DNA of 62,355 bases, filler included, from a bacterium (GCA_037439705.1; 14 parts of 14 records of this genome joined end to end with filler, not necessarily neighbours in it), one strand, 5' to 3'. Numbered from the whole stretch's first letter, positions 41,912 through 52,107 are shown. The notes: generated by a model not told the origin, from the letters alone. Translations and numbers: made by a program.

Positions 41912-41977
41912 TGAATTCCACTGCTGGGGCGGGAAATTCTTCCTGACTTCTGAATAATGTTCAGTATTTCTGATTTT

Positions 41978-42056
41978 TGAAACCGATTACAAAATACTTG
42001 ACAAAAATTTAATATAGTGTTATAATACAAAGAAAGAAAATTTGAAAACGAATACA
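41978..42056 (+). promoter_or_regulatory. Consensus sigma70 promoter bracketed by two LacI-family operators
   Basis: TGAAACCGATTACA (41978-41991), TTGACA-N17-TATAAT (41998-42026), TGAAAACGAATACA (42043-42056). Confidence 0.85.
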
Positions 42057-42058
42057 AA

Positions 42059-43054
42059 ATGACTATATATGACATAGCAAAAAGGGCAGGGGTTTCCTCT
42101 GCAACAGTTTCAAGGGTTTTAAATAATGGACCGGTAAAACCCTCAACAAAAGAACTTGTAATGAGGGTAATAAAAAAGGAAAATTATATTCCTGACAGCA
42201 GAGGAATATACCTTAAGAAGTTGCAGACAAAAAGAATAGGTTTGATTGTCCCTGACATTACAAATCCTGGCTACCCTCTTACAGTAAAAATTGTCCACGA
42301 TTTTTTGAAAGAAAAGGGCTACCATTTAATCCTTGGGAATACATACGGTGAGATATCAGAGGAGAAGGACATTCTGGAGATGATGTTAAGGGAAAGAGTT
42401 GCGGGCATAATTGTAGGAACCTGTGAAGGAGAAGATGATACTGCTCTTTATCCTCTATTCAGAAATATTATAAACAATGGCATAAAGATTATTTTCATGG
42501 GAAAGAAGAGAGATGGTTTACCTGTGGATATCCTTACAGTGGATAATACAAAAGGCACATACAGAATAACCAATTATCTACTCAAAACAGGAAGGAAAAA
42601 GATAGGTTTTATTACAGGTAGTAAAAATTTGAGAGCAACTGAAGAGCGTCTGGCAGGGTACAGGAAAGCGATTATAGAGAAACGCATTTCTTTTCATATA
42701 GACAATGTAATATGCGAAGGAACATATACTATAGAAAACGGAGAAAGATGGGGAGAATCTATTCTAAGTAAGGGAGTGGATGCTATCGTATGTGGAAATG
42801 ACCTCATTGCTATAGGAGTAATCAAAGCAGCGGAGAAACTGAATATAAAAATTCCAAAGGATGTAGCCATTACCGGTTTTGATGATATTCCTCTGGCATC
42901 TCTCATAAAACCTTCTCTTACCACAGTAAGACAGCCAAGAGAGATAGCGGAAAAAGGATGTGAGATTTTAATAGAGCGTATTGAAGGCAAAAGACAGGGT
43001 GCCCCTGAAGAAATTTTATTTGAACCGGAGATTATAATAAGGGAAAGTGCTTAG
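42059..43054 (+). CDS. LacI family transcriptional regulator
   Basis: TIYDIAKRAGVSSATVSRVLN, GFDD, LTTVRQP, IIRES. Confidence 0.97.
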   Translation: MTIYDIAKRAGVSSATVSRVLNNGPVKPSTKELVMRVIKKENYIPDSRGIYLKKLQTKRIGLIVPDITNPGYPLTVKIVHDFLKEKGYHLILGNTYGEISEEKDILEMMLRERVAGIIVGTCEGEDDTALYPLFRNIINNGIKIIFMGKKRDGLPVDILTVDNTKGTYRITNYLLKTGRKKIGFITGSKNLRATEERLAGYRKAIIEKRISFHIDNVICEGTYTIENGERWGESILSKGVDAIVCGNDLIAIGVIKAAEKLNIKIPKDVAITGFDDIPLASLIKPSLTTVRQPREIAEKGCEILIERIEGKRQGAPEEILFEPEIIIRESA

Positions 43055-43059
43055 AAACT

Positions 43060-44539
43060 ATGGAAAAAGAAGAATATTTTGACAGGGTCTATGGATGCTA
43101 TCTGGGGAAAAACATAGGTGGAACAATTGGTGTTCCATTTGAAGGGAATAAAGAATTTTTGACAGATACCTTAAATGAACCATCAGAAATTCTTGCCAAT
43201 GATGACCTGGACTTACAACTTGTCTGGCTTGATATTTTAAAAAAGAAAGGCATAAAAATTACCGGTTACGACCTTGCTGATGGATGGTTAAATAATATCA
43301 CATATCCATTTGATGAGTATGGAGTAGCGATAGCCAATCTTAAAGCAGGGTTGAAACCTCCTGTTTCAGGATATTATAACAACTGGTTCCAAAATTGTAT
43401 GGGTGCTCCTATCAGGAGTGAAATATGGGCATGTATCGCTCCAGGGAAGCCCGAAATTGCTGGATATTATGCCTATCAGGATGCTTCTATTGACCACTGG
43501 AATGAGGGTGTCTATGGTGAGATTTTTCTTGCGACGCTGGAAAGTATTGCCTTTTTTGAGAGTTCTCCTTTATCAATTATTAAAAAGGCGCTTTCATTTA
43601 TCCCCCAAAATTCTATGGTCTACCNNNNNNNNNNNNATTTATAAAAAGGGGAAGGCACTAAACGAAACAAGAGAAACAATACTGCAACAGTTCGGGCATT
43701 ACAATTTTACGGATTGTGTCCAGAATATAGGATTTATCATAGCAGGACTTCTCTATGGAGAAGGAGATTTTCTTAAAACAATAATTTCTGCAGTTATGTG
43801 TGGTTATGATACTGACTGTACAGGTGCAACAGCTGGAGCAATTATAGGGATAATACTCGGAAGGGAAAAGATACTAAAAAAAGGAAATATGGATAACGAC
43901 AAAATTGTAGCAGGATGGGGAATAAAAAACATATATGTACCTGAAACACTGAAAGAACTTACAGAAGAAGTGATAAAAACAGGATATGAAGTAATAAAAA
44001 ATGAAAATGAACTTTTTAAAATCTCCCTTCCTTTTACACTTCCGAAAATCCCTGATTTCCATCAACCATTTAAATTCTCTTTTTTGGTTTCAGAATTGTT
44101 TAGCATAGATGAATCTGCAAGAATGGAAAAGAGTATGTTAGATGGTACCTGCAATGGATTTAAAAAGGTTATATTTAATAGTTTCTTCTTTGACCTGAAT
44201 TCTTATTTTAAAAAAACACCCTCATCCTTATTTCTCAAAACAGTTATAAATATGCCAGAAAATAGAAAAATAAAATTGTTCCCTGCTTCCACTGATGGAA
44301 TAAAGATGTGGGTGGATGGGAAACCTGTTCTTTCCCACCACCAGCATAACAATTTTCTGCCTGCTCCTCACAGACCTGGCAGTCCTCTGGCAGAAATAGA
44401 ACTTAAAAAGGGAAAACACTCTCTCCTTCTGGAAATAATAAGGTGTAATAAAAAATTAGAATTTGGATGGATTATCGCAGACGAAAACAACCATCTTATA
44501 ACGGATATTGAATATATCTCTGATAAAAAAGTGGAATAA
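43060..44539 (+). CDS. ADP-ribosylglycohydrolase family protein (spans a 12-N gap at 43625-43636)
   Basis: GKNIGGTIG.PFEG, NDDLD, MGAPIRSE, GYDTDCTGATAG; C-terminal PA14-like beta domain. Confidence 0.88.
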
Positions 44540-44566
44540 AAAACCAAAAAGGAGGTTAAAGAAAAA

Positions 44567-44604
44567 ATGGAAAGGAAAGAAAAAGTGGTGAAAAAGGGGT
44601 TTAA
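44567..44604 (+). pseudogene. 5' stub of a gene (prepilin-like leader) interrupted by IS110 end
   Basis: AGGAGG SD, MERKEKVVKKGF then abrupt switch into IS-derived sequence. Confidence 0.5.
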
Positions 44605-45111
44605 CTATGTAGTTTTGAGAGATTATAATATCCCTTCCACCTCCTTGTCAAATTTTTTAATTTCTTTCTTTTCTTTTTTAACCCGACATCAGCAATCAAC
44701 TATTCGCACTAATATTTGCAATAGCCCGAATACGCAAGTCCTGGAGCCTTATTCACGCTACCGAAGTAGTATTAAGGGATTTATCCCTATTTTCGGCTTT
44801 CTTCAAAAGCCACATCAAGGTCATCCCGGACTTGTTTTCTGTCAGGGGTTAGGTGGCTATACTTCCCCATTTTTCTTTTTCAACCACCATATACCAGGAC
44901 GAGATCAAAAGTTTTCTTGCCTCTGCCACAATTGGTTTTTTTCTTCCAGCCCTTTTGGCTACACGGTTAAATATTCTTCTTGGTTTTCCCTCTTGTCTAA
45001 TAGAAACCCATTCTGCATTAACCAAAACTCTTCTTACATACGCAGGCCCCTTTTTGGTAAGTTTCACATATCGGGTAGTATTTTCAGATTGACATAATTT
45101 AGGACAAAGCC
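44605..45111 (-). mobile_element. IS110-family element, 3' part (transposase C-terminus + downstream non-coding end)
   Basis: LCPKLCQSENTTRYVKLTKKGPAYVRRVLVNAEW..GRKKPIVAEARKLL (44849-45109), then about 240 nt hairpin-rich NCR ending CATAG; boundary inferred. Confidence 0.8.
44622..44651 (-). promoter_or_regulatory. Outward-facing sigma70 promoter at IS end
   Basis: Minus strand TTGACA-N18-TATAAT. Confidence 0.65.
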
Positions 45112-45211
45112 NNNNNNNNNNNNNNNNNNNNNNNNNNNNNNNNNNNNNNNNNNNNTTAATTAATTAANNNNNNNNNNNNNNNNNNNNNNNNNNNNNNNNN
45201 NNNNNNNNNNN
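45112..45211. other. Artificial contig linker
   Basis: 44 N + TTAATTAATTAA + 44 N. Confidence 0.99.
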
Positions 45212-46378
45212 TGCATGGAGGGTTGTCATTGAAAAATCGTGACCTGTATTCATTGCCTGAAGCATGTCAAGAGCCTCTGCTCCCCTGCACTCACCAACTA
45301 TTATCCTGTCCGGTCTCATTCTTAAAGAATTCCTGACCAGGTCCCTTATTGTAACCTCACCCTTTCCTTCTACATTTGGCGGTCTTGCTTCAAGAGGAAT
45401 GACATGCGGTTGATTGAGTTTGAGTTCTGCTACATCCTCAACTGTTATGATTCTTTCATCTTCTGGAATAAAAGAGGCGAGGAGGTTCAAAAGGGTGGTT
45501 TTTCCAGAAGATGTACCCCCACAAACTACTGTGTTCAACCTTCCTTTTACACAGGCTTTTAGAAAATTCAGAGCTGATCTGGATATAGCTCCCCTTGATA
45601 TGAGGCCATCTGCACCAAGCGGAGCAGAGGAAAATTTTCTTATCGTTATTACCGGTCCAAGGACTGAAACGGGTGAAATTATCACATGAACCCTTGAACC
45701 ATCTGGAAGTCTTGCATCAACATAGGGTGATGATTCATCAACCCTTTTTCCAATGGGTAAAAGAATCCTATCAATCAGCCTCCATAGAGCATTTTCGGAG
45801 GCAAATTTTTTATCTGATTTTATTAGCTTCCCACTTTTTTCAATATAAATGCTATTTGTTCCATTAACCATAATCTCGGTGATTTCCGGGGAATTAAGAA
45901 AATCTGTTATTATTCCATATCCTCCTACCTCCCTTGCTATCTCTTCTATTCTTCTTTCAGGAAGATTCAGTCCCATCTCCCCTGATATCTTTACAGCTAT
46001 TTCAATGACCTCGGTTAAACTTCCCGAAAAATCTTTGCTGAGCCTTTTAATCAGATTTTCTTTCAAAATATCCTCATCTGTTTTTTCTTTCTTCCTTCTC
46101 AAATAAATTGTAAAATCTCCAATTCTTATCTCGTCCTTTTCATCCACTATTATTTCGTTTATTCTCTTTCCATGAATGTATGTTCCGTTTGTGCTTTTGA
46201 GGTCTGTAACCATCCATCCCTCTTTAAGTTCTTCAACCGAAAGATGCTTTGAAGATATGGAGGAAGATGGAATTTTCATATCGCATCCATCACCCCTTCC
46301 TATCACAATTTTTCCTTCAAACTTTTTCCTTTCCTCAAAATCCGGTCCTTTTACAATCACTTCATACATCTCAATCAA
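45212..46378 (-). CDS. cpaF: Tad pilus ATPase CpaF/TadA with N-terminal FHA domain, 3' truncated
   Basis: FHA IGR..SSKH..DLKSTNGT; DARLPDGSR, GGTSSGKTT, LRMRPDRIIVGECRG. Confidence 0.94.
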
Positions 46379-47561
46379 AAAGACTTATTCCAAGTTTCTT
46401 CTTCATCTTTTTGTATTCATCAATTAGATTTTGCGGTTTTTCTTTATCAATTGAGCCTGGCACAATAACCCTGGGAGTAACAAGGATGTAAAACCTGCTC
46501 TTTTCAGTTTCCATATTCCTTGATTTGAAGAACTCACCAACAATTGGAATGTGTCCGAGCCCAGGAAGTTTTGCTGTAATTTTTCTTTCCTTTATGTTCA
46601 TCAATTCTGCAATCACAAGTGTTTCTCCTTCCTGAAGGTTTACCGTGGTTTCAGACTTTCTTGTTATGAATGCTGGCATGACAAATCCAGTTATTTTCAC
46701 CGAATTTGCCGGGTCCAGGTCGCTCGTTTCAGCCTTTATGTTTAGATTTATGGCATCTCCCTTTTCCACCACAGGAGAGAATTCAAGTATTATGCCGAAC
46801 TCCTTCCATGTAACATCCACCGTTCCATAGCTTCCAGCTTTTGGAACAGGAATTTCACCTCCCGCTGTAAAACGAGCCTTCTCTCCGCTCACGCATGTTA
46901 GAACCGGATTTGAAAGAATTCTTACCAATCCCTTCATAGCCATTATGTTAATTATGAAAGAAAGTCCTGATACCACGCTCAGTGAAAAACTTTTCTCCGA
47001 ATCGCTCATTGTGAAAATTCCTTTTATGTCAAGGGGAATGGCTCCTGGCCAGTCAAATCCAAGTTCTCCTTTGTTTCCTTCAGTAAGCTCAACAAGTTTA
47101 ACATCCAGTTCAACCATTTTTTTGAGAAAAATCTGTGGCTTTTTTACAGAAATGAGCACATCTGGAAATCCCTTCATAATTCTGTCAAACTTCTCCGCAT
47201 CGCTCTGGGTTAGTATTTCTCCTTCCACAATCACCCTGTCTCCAACAGCCCTTACTTTAACACCTTCTATTTCTGAAAGTGCCTTCTCAAGAATCACCTT
47301 CAGTTTTGGTTCTGAAGATGAAACATAAACGATGAATTCTTCCACTCCTTCTTTATGGGAAACAGAAACATTTGTCCTTCCGGACGAAAGGGCATTAAGC
47401 ATTATTTCGTCCTGCGAAATAACCTTTATATCAAGAACTGACGGGTCGGATATTATAACCTTCTTCACATCCATGAATTGAAGAACCCTTGATTCTCCAA
47501 TTTTCATGTTGATTTCCTTGATGGAAATAAGAAGGAGTATGAAGACTTTAACCGCACTCAT
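46371..47561 (-). CDS. cpaC: Tad secretin CpaC/RcpA
   Basis: F.AGGEIPVP, KEFGI.LEF.P, LPGLGHIPIVGEFFKS, VTPR. Confidence 0.92.
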   Translation of the reverse strand: MSAVKVFILLLISIKEINMKIGESRVLQFMDVKKVIISDPSVLDIKVISQDEIMLNALSSGRTNVSVSHKEGVEEFIVYVSSSEPKLKVILEKALSEIEGVKVRAVGDRVIVEGEILTQSDAEKFDRIMKGFPDVLISVKKPQIFLKKMVELDVKLVELTEGNKGELGFDWPGAIPLDIKGIFTMSDSEKSFSLSVVSGLSFIINIMAMKGLVRILSNPVLTCVSGEKARFTAGGEIPVPKAGSYGTVDVTWKEFGIILEFSPVVEKGDAINLNIKAETSDLDPANSVKITGFVMPAFITRKSETTVNLQEGETLVIAELMNIKERKITAKLPGLGHIPIVGEFFKSRNMETEKSRFYILVTPRVIVPGSIDKEKPQNLIDEYKKMKKKLGISLFD

Positions 47562-48271
47562 TTTCCCTTTATTACAATCACATCTTCTTTTTCTCTGTTG
47601 AATGAGGAATTTAAAAAATTAGAATAACTGATGAAAGGAGTTGAAATAGAACCTGTATCTTCAGGATTTCTCAAAACGAAAAATATGTTTCCCGAAGATG
47701 AAGCGAGAAGAAGAGAAGAAACTTCTTCAGGAGAAAGTGCAAGAACTATGGTTGAGGAATCTCTCACTGCTCCCGAGAGAACCAAGACATTCTGGAGGAT
47801 AAAACCCGAATAAAGCTCTCCATCCTTTCTAAACACTCCAATGACATCAACCACATCGCCCGTCTTTATTAAGTATCCAACCGATGAAACCTCATCAATG
47901 CTAAAGGCAACCGCCCTTTTTCCAGAAGGAATCTTTCCAGAAAACCCTCCATAGGCATCCTCCTGAAGGATATGCCAGAGAATGTATTCTCCCTTTGGAA
48001 CCGGAGATACAACCTTTCTCATCAGAACCGCGTCTAAATCCCTTTTCAGAACCATTGAGGAGGAAAGGTACTTTTTTGGAATTTTTTTTATTTCCACATG
48101 ATTCAGAGTCAATCTCTCTCCCCTTTCAATCTCATCTTTTGAAATGAGAACCTCAACGAATCCTGACGAAACTCCTGAAACCTCCTTTATATGCTCGGTG
48201 TAAATGAAGAGAAAAATGGCTCCCACAATCCCTGAAATAAGCCCCACTATTTTTTTCTTATCCATCTTCAT
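47558..48271 (-). CDS. cpaB: Flp pilus assembly protein CpaB
   Basis: SAF-like region, GKRAV, GDVVDV, LQNVLVL, LRNPED. Confidence 0.92.
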   Translation of the reverse strand: MKMDKKKIVGLISGIVGAIFLFIYTEHIKEVSGVSSGFVEVLISKDEIERGERLTLNHVEIKKIPKKYLSSSMVLKRDLDAVLMRKVVSPVPKGEYILWHILQEDAYGGFSGKIPSGKRAVAFSIDEVSSVGYLIKTGDVVDVIGVFRKDGELYSGFILQNVLVLSGAVRDSSTIVLALSPEEVSSLLLASSSGNIFFVLRNPEDTGSISTPFISYSNFLNSSFNREKEDVIVIKGK

Positions 48272-48735
48272 CTCATCCCCCATGTACACAAAATTCCTAT
48301 TCCAATTGATGGAGAAAAATAAACAGGCTCTCCGTTGTTCTTTTTGCCCGTTAAAAACCTAAAGAAATTTACAAAAAACTTCCCTATCCTTCTTTCAAAG
48401 ATGGCATCAAAAAACACATGGAAGAATCCAGCAATGAATGAAAGGAAAAAAATTTTTAAACATTCTGGAAATCCGCAGATAGAAGAGCCTGCAATGAAAA
48501 GCTTTCCATCTCCACCTCCTATGATGTGAAATCGAAAAAGAATAAGAGAAATAATGAAAGAACAAATAATTCCTTTAAATGAATAGCATAAACCATTAAG
48601 TCCATCCTCAAAAAGTGATTAAGAAAGTCCTATAAGAGTTGATGGAAATGTAACCGTGTTACGAACAACTCCATCCCTCAAATCACTTAGAATGGAGGCA
48701 TAGAGAAGTGTTAAAATTGCAAATTCCCGTATCAT
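48268..48735 (-). pseudogene. cpaA: A24 prepilin peptidase CpaA/TadV with in-frame TAA at 48619-48621
   Basis: SDLRDGVVRNTVT and GGGDGKL motifs in one frame; missed by ORF track because of the stop. Confidence 0.85.
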
Positions 48736-48884
48736 GGAAATGGATAAAGAAGAACCCCTCTTATGAGCGTCCTCATCACTTTTAGGGAATCAATAAGTTC
48801 AAAAACCGCATAAGAAAGAGGAATGACAACAAGAAAGAGTATAAAGAGAAATTCAACATAAGATGACCCTCTTTCACTCCTCAA
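48732..48884 (-). CDS. Small Flp/TadE-like pilin, probable 1-nt frameshift near 48781
   Basis: RSERG|SSYVEFLFILFLVVI; shifted frame ends LLYPFP* with TGA overlapping the cpaA ATG. Confidence 0.6.
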   Translation of the reverse strand: MRSERGSSYVEFLFILFLVVIPLSYAVFELIDSLKVMRTLIRGVLLYPFP

Positions 48885-49443
48885 ACACAATACTCAATTC
48901 AGTTATGTCCACCCTGTCCCTTCTTATAGCCTTAAATCCTTCTTCATCCACAGAAAATGAAAATTCTCTGCCCTCTGAATTCAGATTGCCGAGATGAGCG
49001 AGCATATTTTCATACTTCATCGTTATTTCGTCAATTCTTCCAATTTTTGAAATCTCATTTATTGATTTGAATTCAAGTTTTAAAACCCTTGTCCTCTTAC
49101 CTTTCATGAACAGGTAAAAGAAAACAGGAGAATCCTCAAGACACTCCGCATTGCCACAGGAAAAGAATTCCAGAAACCCGGCGTATTCCTTTCCTTCAAT
49201 GGTCCAGCCTGTCCTTTTTTTGATGAATTCCTTTAAATCATCAAACGAAATGCGAGAATATCCTGTTGTATATGCTATAACAACTCCGTTCAATTCAAGA
49301 TTTCTCTTCTTTGGGTTTTCAATCCTTATTAAAACCTCATCATAAAACGAAGAGCCTCCAGCGGGATAAAGAAGGAAAAATGCTACCAGAAAGCAGGTTG
49401 TCCACAGGCGGTTTCTCCTTTCTATCAATTTTAGAATTTTCAT
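48874..49443 (-). CDS. Hypothetical exported protein at head of Tad operon
   Basis: 189-aa ORF with signal-peptide-like N-terminus. Confidence 0.65.
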   Translation of the reverse strand: MKILKLIERRNRLWTTCFLVAFFLLYPAGGSSFYDEVLIRIENPKKRNLELNGVVIAYTTGYSRISFDDLKEFIKKRTGWTIEGKEYAGFLEFFSCGNAECLEDSPVFFYLFMKGKRTRVLKLEFKSINEISKIGRIDEITMKYENMLAHLGNLNSEGREFSFSVDEEGFKAIRRDRVDITELSIVFEE

Positions 49444-49504
49444 ATTTTTTCCAATCTTTATTGGTAATAATAAATTGAAGTAAAACTAAAGTCAAGCAAA
49501 ATTG

Positions 49505-49604
49505 NNNNNNNNNNNNNNNNNNNNNNNNNNNNNNNNNNNNNNNNNNNNTTAATTAATTAANNNNNNNNNNNNNNNNNNNNNNNNNNNNNNNNNNNNNNNN
49601 NNNN
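49505..49604. other. Artificial contig linker
   Basis: 44 N + TTAATTAATTAA + 44 N. Confidence 0.99.
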
Positions 49605-50446
49605 TCCTCTGACCCGACTACTGCAACAGGCAGAATGGGAGAGCGGGTTCTCAAGGCAAGTTTTATAAACCCTCCTCTTCCAAATCTCTGAAGTCTGTAT
49701 CTCTGTTTGTAAAGTTTTCCTACACCTTTAACACCCTCGGGAAAGACAAGTACCGCCTGGTCTTTTTCAAGAAGCCTCCTCGCATTATCCTGATCAGCCC
49801 TCACCCCACCTATCCTCATCATAAATGTCCCAAGAAATGGAAAATAATAAACAAAATTTTCCACAAGCGGACGAATTTCTCTGTGGGCAGGATGTTCAAT
49901 TTTAGCAGCATACTTTATCATTGCACCATCAAAAGGAAGGGTACCTGCATGATTTGCAACAAGAAGGAGCCTTCCAGTATTGGGAAGGTTATTTAAACCT
50001 ATAACATTTACCCTCCACCATTTATGATAAAGAAAATCAAAAAGTGGAAAAACTGCTTCTTCAAAAACGGGGTCTAACCCGAACTCATCCACTACATCGG
50101 ATGTTATCCACATAGAAATTGAACGCCAGAGTTTTCTGTATGTTTCCGCTCTAAATGGTTTTTTTAAATTCTCAATAGCCTTACCGAAATCAAAAAGACG
50201 AGGAAGAGCAGATGGTTTTTTAATCCTTTCTAATTTTGATATAGCTTCATCAAATTTTTCCTGATACCTGGAAAAAAACTCAGGCAAAGAAAGTTCCTCC
50301 TCCTTCCTTTTTTCAATCTCTTTCACCCTTTCTTCAAGCAACTCAAGTCTTTCTAACAATCTCTTTTCTAAAAGTTCTATTCTGTCTTCCAGAGTTATTT
50401 CACCGACTCCGTCCAAAACCTTTCCATCAACAATTTTTTTTGCCAT
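49605..50446 (-). CDS. Lysophospholipid acyltransferase family protein, 3' truncated
   Basis: VDEFGLDP, NHAGTLPFD, VFPEG, FGRGGF. Confidence 0.9.
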
Positions 50447-50463
50447 CTCTTACTCCTTCAAAT

Positions 50464-51441
50464 TTATTCCACAAGATGTAATTCTCTTAATCTCTGCATT
50501 CCAGCAAAACTTTCCACGCATTCCTTCACCGAATACTTCGGCACAAAGCCGAGTTCTTTTTTTGCTCTTTTTCCGTCTGCCACGCAAACAAATCTCAAAA
50601 AATCAAGATGTTTTCCTCCTATTGAGGAGAGTCCGGTAGAAAAAAGAAACTGAACCACAGGAATTGCAATCGGATGAAATACTGGAAGGTTAAATCTTCC
50701 GGCAAGTTTTATTACTGTGCTTATGGGTAAAACCCCATCTCCCACTATGTTATAAACGCCATCACAATCCTTTTCAACTGCAAGTTTCAAAACATCAATT
50801 GCATCTTCTTCATGGATAAACTGAAAAAGCGGATCGTATCCGAGAAGGGTAACAACGAATGGTCTTTTCAAGTATTCTGTGAAAAAGTTTTTAACCGTTG
50901 GTCCAAGAATAATTCCAAACCTCAAAATTGTAACTACAGTATTTGGATTTTTTCTCTTAAATTTTTCGGCCATTTTCTCTACTTCCACCTTGTCTCTTAT
51001 GTATCTGTAACTGGAATTTTCAGCAAGGGGATAATCTTCCGTGATAAAGTTCGGATTCAACGGGTTTGCTCCATATACCAGAGTAGAACTTCTCAAAACA
51101 AATTTTTTAATTCCTGCTTTTGCGCATGCATGAAGCAGGTGCATTGTGCCAATAACTTCAAGTTCATGAGCGTAAGCACTTTTCCTCGTTGGATTTGTTA
51201 AAAAGGCACAGTGCACCACTGTATGTACATTGTTAGTAGTGAAAATGTCTGCCAGTGTTAAATCAACTGTTGGCTCTGTTAGGTCTATTTTGTAGAAAAG
51301 TGTTTCTTTTAAAAGAAACTGGGGTTTTTTTATATCAAGGGCGATGACCTTATACCTTGAATCAATCTGAATCCTCTGACACAGATTGGCACCGAGAAAA
51401 CTATTCACACCCGTTATTGCAATTACCCTTCTCTCTTCCAT
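50464..51441 (-). CDS. NAD-dependent epimerase/dehydratase (extended SDR)
   Basis: ITGVNSFLG, SSTLVYGA, YIRDK. Confidence 0.9.
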   Translation of the reverse strand: MEERRVIAITGVNSFLGANLCQRIQIDSRYKVIALDIKKPQFLLKETLFYKIDLTEPTVDLTLADIFTTNNVHTVVHCAFLTNPTRKSAYAHELEVIGTMHLLHACAKAGIKKFVLRSSTLVYGANPLNPNFITEDYPLAENSSYRYIRDKVEVEKMAEKFKRKNPNTVVTILRFGIILGPTVKNFFTEYLKRPFVVTLLGYDPLFQFIHEEDAIDVLKLAVEKDCDGVYNIVGDGVLPISTVIKLAGRFNLPVFHPIAIPVVQFLFSTGLSSIGGKHLDFLRFVCVADGKRAKKELGFVPKYSVKECVESFAGMQRLRELHLVE

Positions 51442-51549
51442 CTCATTTCCATTCTGGTTTCATTTTATGAAAAAGGAATTAAAAAGTCAATTAGATGTCT
51501 GATTTTTCTTGAATTTTGTTTTGTCATCATTATATTTGAAAAGACGAAG

Positions 51550-52104
51550 ATGGATGTGTCATTTATACCGAGATTTATGTTTCTGACAAAAGGTGTTGGA
51601 ATTCATAAGGAGAAACTCGCATCTTTAGAACTTGCATTAAGGGATGCTGGAATAGCAGGTTTTAATCTTGTAAAAGTAAGCAGTATATTCCCTCCCGGAT
51701 GCAAACTTGTCCCAAAGGAAAAGGGATTGAGTCTTCTCAAAAAAGGACAGATAGTATTTATCGTAATGTCGGAAAATTCATCAAATGAGCCCCACCGGCT
51801 CATCTCTGCATCTATAGGATTAGCAATTCCGAAAAGAAAAGATGTGCACGGATATCTGGCGGAACATCACGCATTTGGACAAACCGCAAAAATTGCCGGA
51901 GAATATGCTGAAGATTTAGCAGCATTTATGCTCGCATCCACACTTGGTTTACCCTTTGACCCTGATAAGAACTATGACGAAAGAAAAGAGGTCTGGAAGA
52001 TAAGCGGGTATGAGGTAATTACAAGAAACATCACTCAGACAGCGAAATGTGAAAAAAGTGGCAAGTGGACAACCGTTGTAGCAGGAGCAGTTTTTGTTCC
52101 ATAA
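51550..52104 (+). CDS. pdaD: Pyruvoyl-dependent arginine decarboxylase
   Basis: ELALRDAGI, NLVKVSSIFPP (Ser-Ser cleavage site), GYLAEHH. Confidence 0.93.
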   Translation: MDVSFIPRFMFLTKGVGIHKEKLASLELALRDAGIAGFNLVKVSSIFPPGCKLVPKEKGLSLLKKGQIVFIVMSENSSNEPHRLISASIGLAIPKRKDVHGYLAEHHAFGQTAKIAGEYAEDLAAFMLASTLGLPFDPDKNYDERKEVWKISGYEVITRNITQTAKCEKSGKWTTVVAGAVFVP

Positions 52105-52107
52105 TCC

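Noticed and set aside
44567-45097. 176-aa plus-strand ORF
   Set aside because: Chimera of a 12-codon gene stub and antisense IS110 sequence.
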